Shown in pieces: positions 27,943 to 39,469 of a stretch of DNA of 64,000 nucleotides. The first letter of the stretch is position 1. Each line of letters begins with the position of its first letter. The notes under the pieces were generated by a model that was not told the DNA's origin, did not search any database, and worked only from the letters and a program-made list of their open reading frames with translations. Origin of the DNA: Eledone cirrhosa (Eukaryota); contig OZ024745.1 in assembly GCA_964016885.1 (NCBI GenBank), positions 19,654,001 to 19,718,000 of the forward strand, read 5' to 3'. Made by a program: the position numbers and the translations under genes.

Positions 27943-28118
27943 CAACTAACCAATGGGAGGAGAGAGTGTCCTATGATGCCGAAATTCATTTGTTTGAATT
28001 CATATGATTCCAGTTCCTCAGAGAAATAACATCCCAACCAGGAGCTGGACATATCGGAGTATTGACGGAGTAAAACACTTTAACAACATGTGTACCTGTC
28101 TCGACCACACCAATTCGA

Positions 28119-28173
28119 ACTGCCTGAAGAGGTCACAGCCAATGATGGCTGTCACCGAAATATATATAGCAGT
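28119..28173 (+). ncRNA. Hammerhead ribozyme, family C
   Basis: actgc-CTGAAGA-ggtcacagcc-aatgat-ggctgtcacc-GAAA-T-atat-A-TA-gcagt; canonical core with G10.1-C11.1. Confidence 0.88.
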
Positions 28174-28634
28174 ACATCTTTAATAAATGAAGCCAAATCT
28201 TAAATATTTGACTTAATTACTTTATTTTACATTACTCCGGAGTAACTAAACCAACGTACTTCGTCGAGTGCTCCAATCTGCATACTGTTGTAGTGTCGGT
28301 AAACAACCAACATATACTCAAAATATATATATATATATATATAAACACACACAGGGGGAACACCCTTGTATACACACGTGTGTTTTATATACACAGACAC
28401 GGAGAACACCCCCGTATACACATAAATACAGACAACCATACATATATAGTTACATGTAAGACAGGCAAACACGGTGTAAATACTATTATATTACCATGAA
28501 CCACGGAGGAAGGAAGGGTAGACATCCTACCCAACAAACAAGGTTGAAAAGAAAGAACCATGTGGAGTGTGTCAAGAGAGAGAGAGAGAGAGAGAGAAGT
28601 GCTGCTATGTAACAAAGAGATGTTGGAGATCAAT

Positions 28635-28687
<53 letters not shown>

Positions 28688-29080
28688 ATATTAAATAAAT
28701 GGAAACTATATTTATAAAACCATATTTATTCTATGTTATATATATTTCAAGGGTACCAAAAACTTTGGTACGCTTTCATCAGATAAAATACAAAGTGTGT
28801 TTTATAAATTTTGACAAAGTCAAGGAACATACCTTAACGGTTGAAGTTTTCCTTGGTTATGTCAAAATTTATAGAACACAATTTGTATTTTATCTGATGA
28901 AAGCGTACCAAAGTTTTTGGTACCCTTGAAATATATATAATAGAATAAATATGGTTTTATAAATATAGTTTCCATTTATTTAATATTGAATATTATACTC
29001 CAGAAAACTTGTTGAGTGCTCTGAATCAGTTATAAACATTTTTATTTGTTGAATTACCAACAAATTGAATATCCCTTCTG

Positions 29081-29083
<3 letters not shown>
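28688..29083. mobile_element. Penelope-like insert with two inverted family B HHRs
   Basis: Inverted arms about 28688-28816 and 28861-28986; + HHR CTGATGA 28894-28900, GAAA 28928-28931; - HHR 28730-28792; both ends abut (TA)n. Confidence 0.8.
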
Positions 29084-29156
<73 letters not shown>

Positions 29157-29159
<3 letters not shown>

Positions 29160-29666
29160 TTATTAAAATAACAGATTAAAGTTTAAGCAAAGAATCGCTG
29201 CTTTCACCCTTAACGGGATCTTCTGAAACTAACAAAGTCAATCTGTAAACGCAGAACTGGATATTTCAAAAAACGTTGTGTTCTTTGTAGAAATATTCAG
29301 ATGTTGTTTCTGCATGATGAATATAAGTCAGTAGAGTGCTCAGCCCTCTTTGGATTTTAGTCTTCAATTTTATTATTATTACTATTTGGCTCCTTCGGTT
29401 GAGCACTCTACTGACATATTCATCATGCAGAAACAACATCTGAATATTTCTACAAAGAACACAACGTTTTTTGAAATATCCAGTTCTGCGTTTACAGATT
29501 GACTTTGTTAGTTTCAGAAGATCCCGTTAAGGGTGAAAGCAGCGATTCTTTGCTTAAACTTTAATCTGTTATTTTAATAAATATTTGCTCTACGGTTCTT
29601 ATATATTTGATATATATTTTCCTTATCGAGCCCTCTTTGGATTTTAGTCTTCAATTTTATTATTAT

Positions 29667-29672
<6 letters not shown>
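29157..29672 (+). mobile_element. Retrozyme/Penelope-like insert: inverted arm + 1.15 copies of a 287-nt unit (family D)
   Basis: 44-nt direct repeat at 29342-29385 and 29629-29672; 29157-29342 is the inverted copy of 29400-29582; (TA)n on both sides. Confidence 0.8.
29510..29560 (+). ncRNA. Hammerhead ribozyme with variant core (family D)
   Basis: agttt-CAGAAGA-tccc gttaa gggt-GAAA-gca...tgc-TT-aaact; mirrored at 29180-29230 (-). Confidence 0.65.
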
Positions 29673-29708
<36 letters not shown>

Positions 29709-30620
29709 TTCCATTTATTTAATATCATTGAATATTATACTCCAGAAAACTCTGTCGAGTGCTATGAACCAGTTATAAACATTTATATTTGTTGAATTAC
29801 CAACAAATTGAATATTCCTTTTGCTTATATATATATATATATATACACTGGAGTATAAGTTTGGTATAAATATCCAATGGTAAGAGCACTCAGTCCATTG
29901 GACAAGTTAGGTATAATTAGTTACAACAGTGACATATACAGCTACTTAAGTTTCGTTGGGTTATATATACATACATGGAGGCTGCCAACTCGTTTTCGAG
30001 TACGGCCACTACTTTATATCCATGTAGGAGAACCCCCACCGATGCGCTGAACGAGTGTGACTTTTTAGTCCAGCCAGCGACTTGAAAACTCTGGTACAAA
30101 CACTACACTTGTGGCAATTATTGACACATAGTGCTGGGCCCATGGCACCATGTGATGACAAGTGCAGAGAGATCTCCAGATATAAAGCAATGCCTGTGCC
30201 GTGAAGCTTTTATAGTGAGCAAAGGCACTGCACAAAGCCAGTCCCACTCTCTTAACCACACACATGTATACACATACACACACGCAAACTGCTACTGGTG
30301 CCATGTAACCCAGTACAACCTGCTTCATTGTGGAATGGTCAGCAACTAAACCGATTCCCCCAGCAGCACAAAAAGACAAGAACTGTTAAAAGGGTGGATG
30401 AACTCCTCAGGGTCAAGAGCTGTCTAGCCTAACTATGGGTTAAATAGCCTTGCCTACCCGCAATTGGCCAAGATTAGTATTAGTGAGTACGGCTACACCC
30501 CTGACATGACCACAAGAATGAGCAGGCCCTGGATTGGATACTCTTTGACCTGTTCCAGCCATCCGGCTGAGGTCATGCTGGGGCACCGCCCTTGATATGT
30601 ATTTTTCTCATTAAGTGACA

Positions 30621-30970
30621 TTAGCAGAATTGGTAGAGCGTCAGACACCATGCTAGGCGTCGTAGAGTTACGGCCCTTGCAATTCTGAGTTCAAATCCCG
30701 CCGAGGTTAACTTTTCCTTTCATCCTTACGAGGTCGATAAAATAAAGTACCAGTAATGTACTGGGTAGTTGCTGGCCTTGTACCTATAGTAGAAACAATT
30801 ATTAAGTGACAGTTGAGTTCATCCCGCCGAGGTTAACTTTGCCTTTCATCCTTACGGGGTCGATAAAATAAAGTACCAGTCACGCACTGGGGTCGATTTG
30901 ACGCCCCCCCCCCCCCCCCCCCTCTAAAAAAAAAAAATTGCTGGCCTTGTGCCTATATGCGAAACCATTA
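30621..30970 (+). mobile_element. Two tandem SINE family 2 insertions
   Basis: attaagtgaca repeated at 30610, 30801 and 30970, consistent with TSDs. Confidence 0.8.
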
Positions 30971-30981
30971 TTAAGTGACAG

Positions 30982-31103
30982 TCCGCCTCGTGGTCCCAGC
31001 CAACAGAATGGAGAAGATATCGACTCGGAGGAGGACGTGCTGGAACAGCCACTCCACCGCGTAGGGCTTGCACCTGCGGGTAGCCAGCTCGGCTCCGATA
31101 TCA
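30982..31103 (+). CDS. Candidate host-gene exon (PPRGPSQQNGEDIDSEEDVLEQPLHRVGLAPAGSQLGSDI)
   Basis: GC-rich unique island; acAG acceptor, GTGAGT donor at 31104; only one open frame, phase 2-1. Confidence 0.55.
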
Positions 31104-31309
31104 GTGAGTGGTGGTGGTGGTGGTGGTGACAGTGGCATCGATGCTGTATGGTGGTGATGACAATGTTTAGTGATAATAGCAGCAGTAGCATTAGAAGCAG
31201 TGACGACACAGGTTCTATTTAGTGTTGGTATTACAGGTGAAGTGAAACGACAATGTGGTAGTGGTATGAGGGATAAGGAGCTTGGTAGAGCGACAGTATT
31301 GGAGGTAGT

Positions 31310-34300
31310 GGTAGTGGTAGCGGTGTTAGGGTGGGGAGCTGGTATAGTGGCAGTATTGGTGATAGTAGTAGTGGTATTAGGGTGGGGAGCTGGTATAGTG
31401 ACAGTATTGGTGATAGTAGTAGTGGTATTAGGGTGGGGAGCTGGTATAGTGACAGTATTGGTGATAGTAGTAGTGGTATTAGAGTGGGGAGCTGGTATAG
31501 CGGCAGTATTGGTGATAGTAGTAGTGGTATTAGGGTGGGGAGCTGGTATAGTGGCAGTATTGGTGATAGTAGTAGTGGTGTTAGGGTGGGGAGCTGGTAT
31601 AGTGGCAGTATTGGTGATAGTAGTAGTGGTATTAGGGTGGGGAGCTGGTATAGTGACAGTATTGGTGATAGTAGTAGTGGTATTAGGGTGGGGAGCTGGT
31701 ATAGTGACAGTATTGGTGATAGTAGTAGTGGTATTAGAGTGGGGAGCTGGTATAGTGGCAGTATTGGTGATAGTAGTAGTGGTATTAGGGTGGGGAGCTG
31801 GTATAGTGACAGTATTGGTGATAGTAGTAGTGGTGTTAGGGTGGGGAGCTGGTATAGCGGCAGTATTGGTGATAGTAGTAGTGGTGTTAGGGTGGGGAGC
31901 TGGTATAGCGGCAGTATTGGTGATAGTAGTAGTGGTATTAGGGTGGGGAGCTGGTATAGTGACAGTATTGGTGATAGTAGTAGTGGTATTAGGGTGGGGA
32001 GCTGGTATAGTGACAGTATTGGTGATAGTAGTAGTGGTGTTAGAGTGGGGAGCTGGTATAGTGACAGTATTGGTGATAGTAGTAGTGGTATTAGGGTGGG
32101 GAGCTGGTATAGCGGCAGTATTGGTGATAGTAGTAGTGGTATTAGGGTGGGGAGCTGGTATAGTGACAGTATTGGTGATAGTAGTAGTGGTATTAGGGTG
32201 GGGAGCTGGTATAGTGACAGTATTGGTGATAGTAGTAGTGGTATTAGAGTGGGGAGCTGGTATAGTGGCAGTATTGGTGATAGTAGTAGTGGTATTAGGG
32301 TGGGGAGCTGGTATAGTGACAGTATTGGTGATAGTAGTAGTGGTGTTAGGGTGGGGAGCTGGTATAGCGGCAGTATTGGTGATAGTAGTAGTGGTGTTAG
32401 GGTGGGGAGCTGGTATAGCGGCAGTATTGGTGATAGTAGTAGTGGTATTAGGGTGGGGAGCTGGTATAGTGACAGTATTGGTGATAGTAGTAGTGGTATT
32501 AGGGTGGGGAGCTGGTATAGTGACAGTATTGGTGATAGTAGTAGTGGTATTAGAGTGGGGAGCTGGTATAGTGGCAGTATTGGTGATAGTAGTAGTGGTA
32601 TTAGAGTGGGGAGCTGGTATAGTGGCAGTATTGGTGATAGTAGTAGTGGTGTTAGGGTGGGGAGCTGGTATAGTGACAGTATTGGTGATAGTAGTAGTGG
32701 TGTTAGGGTGGGGAGCTGGTATAGCGGCAGTATTGGTGATAGTAGTAGTGGTATTAGGGTGGGGAGCTGGTATAGTGACAGTATTGGTGATAGTAGTAGT
32801 GGTATTAGGGTGGGGAGCTGGTATAGTGACAGTATTGGTGATAGTAGTAGTGGTATTAGGGTGGGGAGCTGGTATAGCGGCAGTATTGGTGATAGTAGTA
32901 GTGGTGTTAGAGTGGGGAGCTGGTATAGTGGCAGTATTGGTGATAGTAGTAGTGGTGTTAGGGTGGGGAGCTGGTATAGCGGCAGTATTGGTGATAGTAG
33001 TAGTGGTGTTAGGGTGGGGAGCTGGTATAGTGGCAGTATTGGTGATAGTAGTAGTGGTGTTAGGGTGGGGAGCTGGTATAGTGGCAGTATTGGTGATAGT
33101 AGTAGTGGTATTAGGGTGGGGAGCTGGTATAGTGGCAGTATTGGTGATAGTAGTAGTGGTGTTAGGGTGGGGAGCTGGTATAGTGACAGTATTGGTGATA
33201 GTAGTAGTGGTGTTAGGGTGGGGAGCTGGTATAGTGGCAGTATTGGTGATAGTAGTAGTGGTATTAGGGTGGGGAGCTGGTATAGTGACAGTATTGGTGA
33301 TAGTAGTAGTGGTATTAGAGTGGGGAGCTGGTATAGTGGCAGTATTGGTGATAGTAGTAGTGGTATTAGGGTGGGGAGCTGGTATAGTGGCAGTATTGGT
33401 GATAGTAGTAGTGGTATTAGGGTGGGGAGCTGGTATAGCGGCAGTATTGGTGATAGTAGTAGTGGTGTTAGGGTGGGGAGCTGGTATAGCGGCAGTATTG
33501 GTGATAGTAGTAGTGGTGTTAGGGTGGGGAGCTGGTATAGTGACAGTATTGGTGATAGTAGTAGCGGTATTAGAGTGGGGAGCTGGTATAGCGGCAGTAT
33601 TGGTGATAGTAGTAGTGGTGTTAGGGTGGGGAGCTGGTATAGTGACAGTATTGGTGATAGTAGTAGTGGTGTTAGGGTGGGGAGCTGGTATAGTGACAGT
33701 ATTGGTGATAGTAGTAGCGGTATTAGAGTGGGGAGCTGGTATAGCGGCAGTATTGGTGATAGTAGTAGTGGTATTAGGGTGGGGAGCTGGTATAGCGGCA
33801 GTATTGGTGATAGTAGTAGTGGTGTTAGGGTGGGGAGCTGGTATAGTGTCAGTATTGGTGATAGTAGTAGTGGTGTTAGGGCGGGGTGCTGGTATAGCGG
33901 CAGTATTGGTGATAGTAGTAGTGGTGTTAGGGCGGGGTGCTGGTATAGCGGCAGTATTGGTGATAGTAGTAGTGGTGTTAGGGCGGGGTGCTGGTATAGC
34001 GGCGGTAGTGGTGTTAGGGCGGGGTGCTGGTATAGCGGCGGTAGCGGTGGTAGTGGTGTTAGGGCGGGGTGCTGGTATAGCGGCGGTGGTAGTGGTGTTA
34101 GGGCGGGGTGCTGGTATAGTGGCGGTAGTGGTGGTAGGGCGGGGTGTTGGTATAGCGGCGGTAGTGGTGTTAGGGCGGGGTGCTGGTATAGTGGCGGTAG
34201 GGCGTGGTGTTGGTATAGCGGCGGTAGTGGTGGTAGGGCGGGGTGTTGGTATAGCGGCGGTAGTGGTGTTAGGGCGGGGTGCTGGTATAGTGGCGGTAGT

Positions 34301-34450
34301 GGTGGTAGGGCGGGGTGTTGGTATAGCGGCGGTAGTGGTGTTAGGGCGGGGTGCTGGTATAGTGGCGGTAGTGGTGGTAGGGCGTGGTGTTGGTATAGCG
34401 GCGGTAGTGGTGTTAGGGCGGGGTGCTGGTATAGTGGCGGTAGTGGTGAT
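31310..34450. repeat. 51-bp G-rich minisatellite, about 52 copies, decaying to shorter units
   Basis: Unit gggtggggagctggtatagtggcagtattggtgatagtagtagtggtatta. Confidence 0.95.
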
Positions 34451-34539
34451 GGTGGAGCGTAACGTTATTAGCTGTGAGTATTTAAATAGAGCGGCAACGG
34501 TATTTTATTCAAAAACAATCCTCTACTCACAATCCTCTA

Positions 34540-34850
34540 CTCACACACACAGGGGGAAACTCTCTACTCAATTACACACACACACACAGAGGGAAACTCT
34601 CTTCTCAATTACACACACACACACACACACACAGAGGGAAACTCTCTTCTCAATTACACACACACACACACACATACAGAGGGAAACTCTCTTCTCAATT
34701 ACACACACACACAGAAGGAAACTCTCTACTCAATTACACATACACACAGAGAGGGGAAACTTTCTACTCAATCACACACAGAGGGAATATCTCTTCTCAA
34801 TTACACACACACACAGATCTACACACACACACACACACACAGATCTAGCC
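34540..34850. repeat. Compound repeat gagggaaactctcttctcaatt + (CA)n
   Basis: About 7 units of variable length. Confidence 0.8.
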
Positions 34851-34886
34851 ACTTACAGACACCGAGAGAGACACACATTTACTCAG

Positions 34887-35025
34887 GTGATGCTCACACC
34901 ACAATTGGAACCAATAATAAAGCGGCACCAGATGAAGCGAGGAAGGAGGTCCTTGGTGGTGACGTACTTAAGTGGTGGCGGCGGCGGAGATGGAGGTGGC
35001 TAGTGGTGGTGGTGGTGGTGGCGTA
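34887..35025 (+). CDS. Candidate exon (DAHTTIGTNNKAAPDEARKEVLGGDVL...)
   Basis: Acceptor catttactcAG in phase with 30982-31103; 3' boundary uncertain (GTAAGT at 35026 lies beyond GGT repeats). Confidence 0.3.
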
Positions 35026-35396
35026 GTAAGTTAAGTGGTGGTGGAGGTGGTGATTGTGATGGAGGTGGTGGTGATTGTGATGGGGGTGGTGATTGCGATG
35101 GAGGTGAGGGTGGTAGTGGTGGTGGTGGTGATTGTGATGGAGGTATGGTGACGGTGGTGGTAGTGTTGATGGTTATGGAGGGAGGGGGCTGAAGGTGGTG
35201 GTTGCAGTGGTAAGAAGTCAAAATATGGAGGAGGCTACTAACAAGATTTAATGATTCCACATCATAAAAATTACATCTGACTTCCTTCAGTTTTGTGTTT
35301 GTAGTAGTAGTTGTAGTGGTGGTGATGGTAGTAGTAATAGTACTGGTGGGAATGGTAGTAGTAGTAGTAGTAGTGACGGCAGTAGCAGTAATAGTG

Positions 35397-35429
<33 letters not shown>

Positions 35430-35756
35430 ACGGCAGTAGCAGTAATAGTAGTAGTAGTAATTATCGAGGTGGCAGTAATATTTTTGTTTCTTCCATAGTT
35501 TATTTCGTCTTCTCTGGCTGTTGTCGTAGTTGTTGTTGTCGTTGTCGTAGTTGTCTTTCATGTTGTCGTTGTTGTCACACCTAAATGCTTTATATTCCTC
35601 TATTCCATCTTAGTTGTGATGCTGCTAATGGTTGTAATACTTATTGATGGTCGATGTTGATTGTATCAGCTGGTGTTGTTACACCTGTTACTGTTGGTAT
35701 CAAGACAGTATTGTTGTTACGCTGTTGATTAATATTGCAGCCGCTGATCGTCGCTA

Positions 35757-36366
35757 GACTTGGTATATATATATATATATATATATACATATATACCAAG
35801 TTATATATATATATATACCAAGTTATATATATATACCAAGTTATATATATATATATATATACCAAGTTATATATATATATATATATACCAAGTTATATAT
35901 ATATATATATACCAAGTTATATATATATATATACCAAGTTATATATATATATATATATATAACTTGGTATATATATATATATATAACTTGGTATATATAT
36001 ATAACTTGGTATATATATATATATATATAACTTGGTATATATATATATATATAACTTGGTATATATATATATATATATAACTTGGTATATATATATATAT
36101 ATATAACTTGGTATATATAACTTGGTATATATATATATAACTTGGTATATATATATATATATATAACTTGGTATATATATATATATATATATATAACTTG
36201 GTATATATATATATATATATAACTTGGTATATATATATATATATATATATAACTTGGTATATATATATATAACTTGGTATATATATATATTATATATAAC
36301 TTGGTATATATATATATATATATATAACTTGGTATATATAACTTGGTATATATATATATATATATA
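35757..36366. repeat. (TA)n-CCAAGT compound microsatellite with internal strand switch
   Basis: taccaagtta units to about 35940, taacttggta units from about 35960. Confidence 0.9.
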
Positions 36367-36560
36367 ACAAAGGAATTGTGGTAAGGAACCAGATGGACCA
36401 TAACGCACCAGAGTACTCAATACTGAGGGTAGTAGAGTGGGAAATAGGAAAAAGTATGACCCCGACGGCAGAGCTCAAGCCGTTTCGACGGCTATTTCTG
36501 GACTAAAATAGCCGTCGAAACGGCTTGAGCTCTGCCGTCGGGGTCATACTTTTTCCTATA
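36367..36560. mobile_element. Penelope-like palindromic insert with HHR 3' halves (family F)
   Basis: Perfect arms 36444-36497 and 36506-36559; GAAA-CGGC-ttgagctct-GCCG-TC; same fragment at 20212-20262. Confidence 0.7.
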
Positions 36561-37160
36561 TATATATATGGTGTTCCCAAAAAATGTATATACACTTCAA
36601 CAGCATTCTAATGAATATTGCCTGTACAGGTATTCAAAGTGTGTATACGGTTTTTTTTGGGGGGGGGGGGGGGGGCTCTAGTTCTTACGGCTAATCATTG
36701 AATATTTCGTGTTGTTAGTGGTGTCGTCGTAGTAGTTGGTGGTGGTGGTGGTGTCGTCGTAGTAGTCGGTGGTGTCGTCGTAATTGGTGGCGGTGTCGTA
36801 GTTAGTGGTGGTGTCGTCGTAGTAGTTGGTGGTGGTGTCGTCGTAATTGGTGGTGGTGGCGGTGTCGTAGTTGTTGTTGGTGGTGTTGATGTTGTTAATG
36901 GTGGTGTCGTAGTTGTTTTTGGTGATGGTGTTGATGTTAGTGGTGGTGTCATAGTAGTAGTTGGTGGTGGTAGTGGTGTCGTAGTTGTTTTTGGTGGTGG
37001 TGTTGATGTTGGTGGTGATGGTGGTGTTGATGTTGGTGGTGTTGAAGTTGTTGGTGGTGGTGATGTCGTAGCTGTTGTTGGTGTTGGTGTCGTCGAAGTT
37101 GTTGTTGGTGTTGTTGGTGCTGTTATTGTTGGTATGCTTGTTGTTTTATTGTAACGTCAG

Positions 37161-37226
37161 TTTCCTACATCTGTTGATAACTGTTAACATCTTGTGCACG
37201 TTATCGCGTACGCTGTTTAACCCTAG
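37161..37226 (+). CDS. Candidate exon (FLHLLITVNILCTLSRTLFNP)
   Basis: AG acceptor at 37160, donor AG|GTAAGC; single open frame, phase 2-2. Confidence 0.3.
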
Positions 37227-39469
37227 GTAAGCATTGATCAGTCAGGTATTGGGGTCGATTCTTCTTCTATAACTCGTTCTTACACACACACCCTCTCTCT
37301 CTCTCTCACACACACCCTCTCTCTTCACACACACACACACACACTTTCTATCTTTCTCTGGGAGAAATCTCTGTTCAGACCTAGAGAGATGGGCTCCGCC
37401 AGACTTTAAAAAACATGTCCAAGAAACATCGTATGTCAATACGGCGCCCCTAACAAGACTCCACCAGGAGTTAAGGGACCATACCCTACAAAACCTTGAC
37501 TGGGCATATACCGATAAAAGACGCCCCAGACGTGACCATTCTGTTCTATAATCAGACATGGTGTATCCAAGATACAACCCAAAATCAATATACCACACAC
37601 ACAAAGTAGAGTGCGATTTGAGAGAGATTTGGCTGTTATTTCTAACAGACTGGGTGACTATAAGGGAGTTCCCACGATAGTACATCTGGAGTATGCTGGA
37701 GATATTACAACAGTTGTTAGGTAGTTAAATTGCTACATCTGTTCTTATGTCTCCTGTTATTCTTACGATTGTTGTGAGGTCTGCTGTAGCAGGAATCATT
37801 ATTATTTCTAAATAACGAAGGTTGACTGAAAAGTGCATAGGTTGACTATGAAGGTGTGATGCTAGAGCTGTGAAATCTTGCATGCATTGATTTCACCTTT
37901 TCTTATTAATAGCTGCATGGTTTCTTTCCAGGGACTATGTTGAAAAATAAACATCATTTGGTCATTCCATGAGAGTATCTTGGCCAGCCTATGAACGAGT
38001 GATGTGAAATCTTGCATGCATTAATTTCAACTCTTTTTATTGATATCTGCATTGTTTCTTTCCAGGGACTATGGAAGCATGGAAGATACACGTTAAACGA
38101 TGATGATGATGTAGCCATACTTCAGTACTGACTTTGTAAAGACACATCCAACCTTTGCTAGCAGTTAAATGATGATACTATCTTATGAATGTGATGTACA
38201 TTGTCTATCTTCTCTTTCAAGTGCAAGGCCGGGAGGACTCTTTAGCTCTGTCAAAGGCATGAAAACCTCCCTAGTATTGGTGATTTACACAATAAATGCA
38301 CCCAGTACACTCTGTAAAGTTGTTGGTGATAAGGACATTCAGCAATAAAAAACATACCAAATGAAAAACCAGGAGTCATGAGTTGTGTCAAAGACATGGC
38401 ATAGTGCTGGTGTCATGATAAAATGCACTCAGTAGAGTAGAGGAATGTTTTGTAAGTGACATATGGGCCCCTAACACAACCGAGCAGCCTGTAGAGTGCC
38501 AGAACGTAAGTAAGCGAGACACCTGGCTCATCTGAGAGACCAGTGGCTCCACTGACACAGTGGTAACCTATCAAACCCTTGGTAGCAGGGGAAACAGATA
38601 TTAGATGATGATGATAACTAAAACGGCTCATTAAACCTATTATGGTACCCTAATAGGTACCAATGAACATACTAATTTCATGTGTAGAACACAAAGCACC
38701 TAGTCCACACTGATGTGGTTGGTATTGGGAAGGGTATCCAGCTGTAGAAACCAAGCCAAAATATAGAGATCCATATGAGCATGATGTGGTCTCTGGACCT
38801 GACTTGTCTCATAACGTGACAACCTATTTAACCCATGCAAGCATGGAAAATGGACGTTCATTTATGATGGTGGTGGTGATGGTGGAATGGATGATGATGA
38901 TTGCATGCATAAATATATGCTAACTCCTTATCTTTATAAACAATATCAATATTGGCTAGAAAATAAAAACTATATTTTATATAGTCAAGTACAGGATTGA
39001 AACTAGAACACTTAATGCACTAGTAATTTACTAATGGAAATAGTTGTCAAAAGTGACCCATATATACAAATTTGGTATATCCTATTTACTTAAACCATTA
39101 GTAATAAAAAGTAAACAAACTGCAATCAGTTTCCATAAGTACTATAGTTGCTCCGTCAACAATATGACCGCCTACTCAGTAAATTAATGTGTTAGTGGCT
39201 GAGTATTCCATAAACACATGCATACAAAACAAGTAGCTCCACTTGGCTGTATCCAACCCTTATAGCAGGGAAAGTGGACATTAAATTAATTAAGATTATG
39301 ATGACTGTATGTCAAGGCTGACCCCTTTGAATCACAAGTAATCTATCCAATGGTCTTCCAAACAGTTTTCATCCTCTAAATTTCACTGACAAGGTTCAGG
39401 TTGACCCCAAGATATTGTAAAAGACATTTCTCTATGATACTACACACTAGGAACCCACGAAGGAAGCTT

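Noticed and set aside
31170-35003. 1277-aa and 1043-aa ORFs
   Set aside because: Product of a stop-free 51-bp tandem unit; no synonymous bias and located after a splice donor
35760-36478. YIYI-type ORFs (also 20029, 48604, 51599)
   Set aside because: Microsatellite translations
38222-38279. Phase-compatible exon candidate (ARPGGLFSSVKGMKTSLVL)
   Set aside because: Runs into a decayed SINE body and the donor is weak
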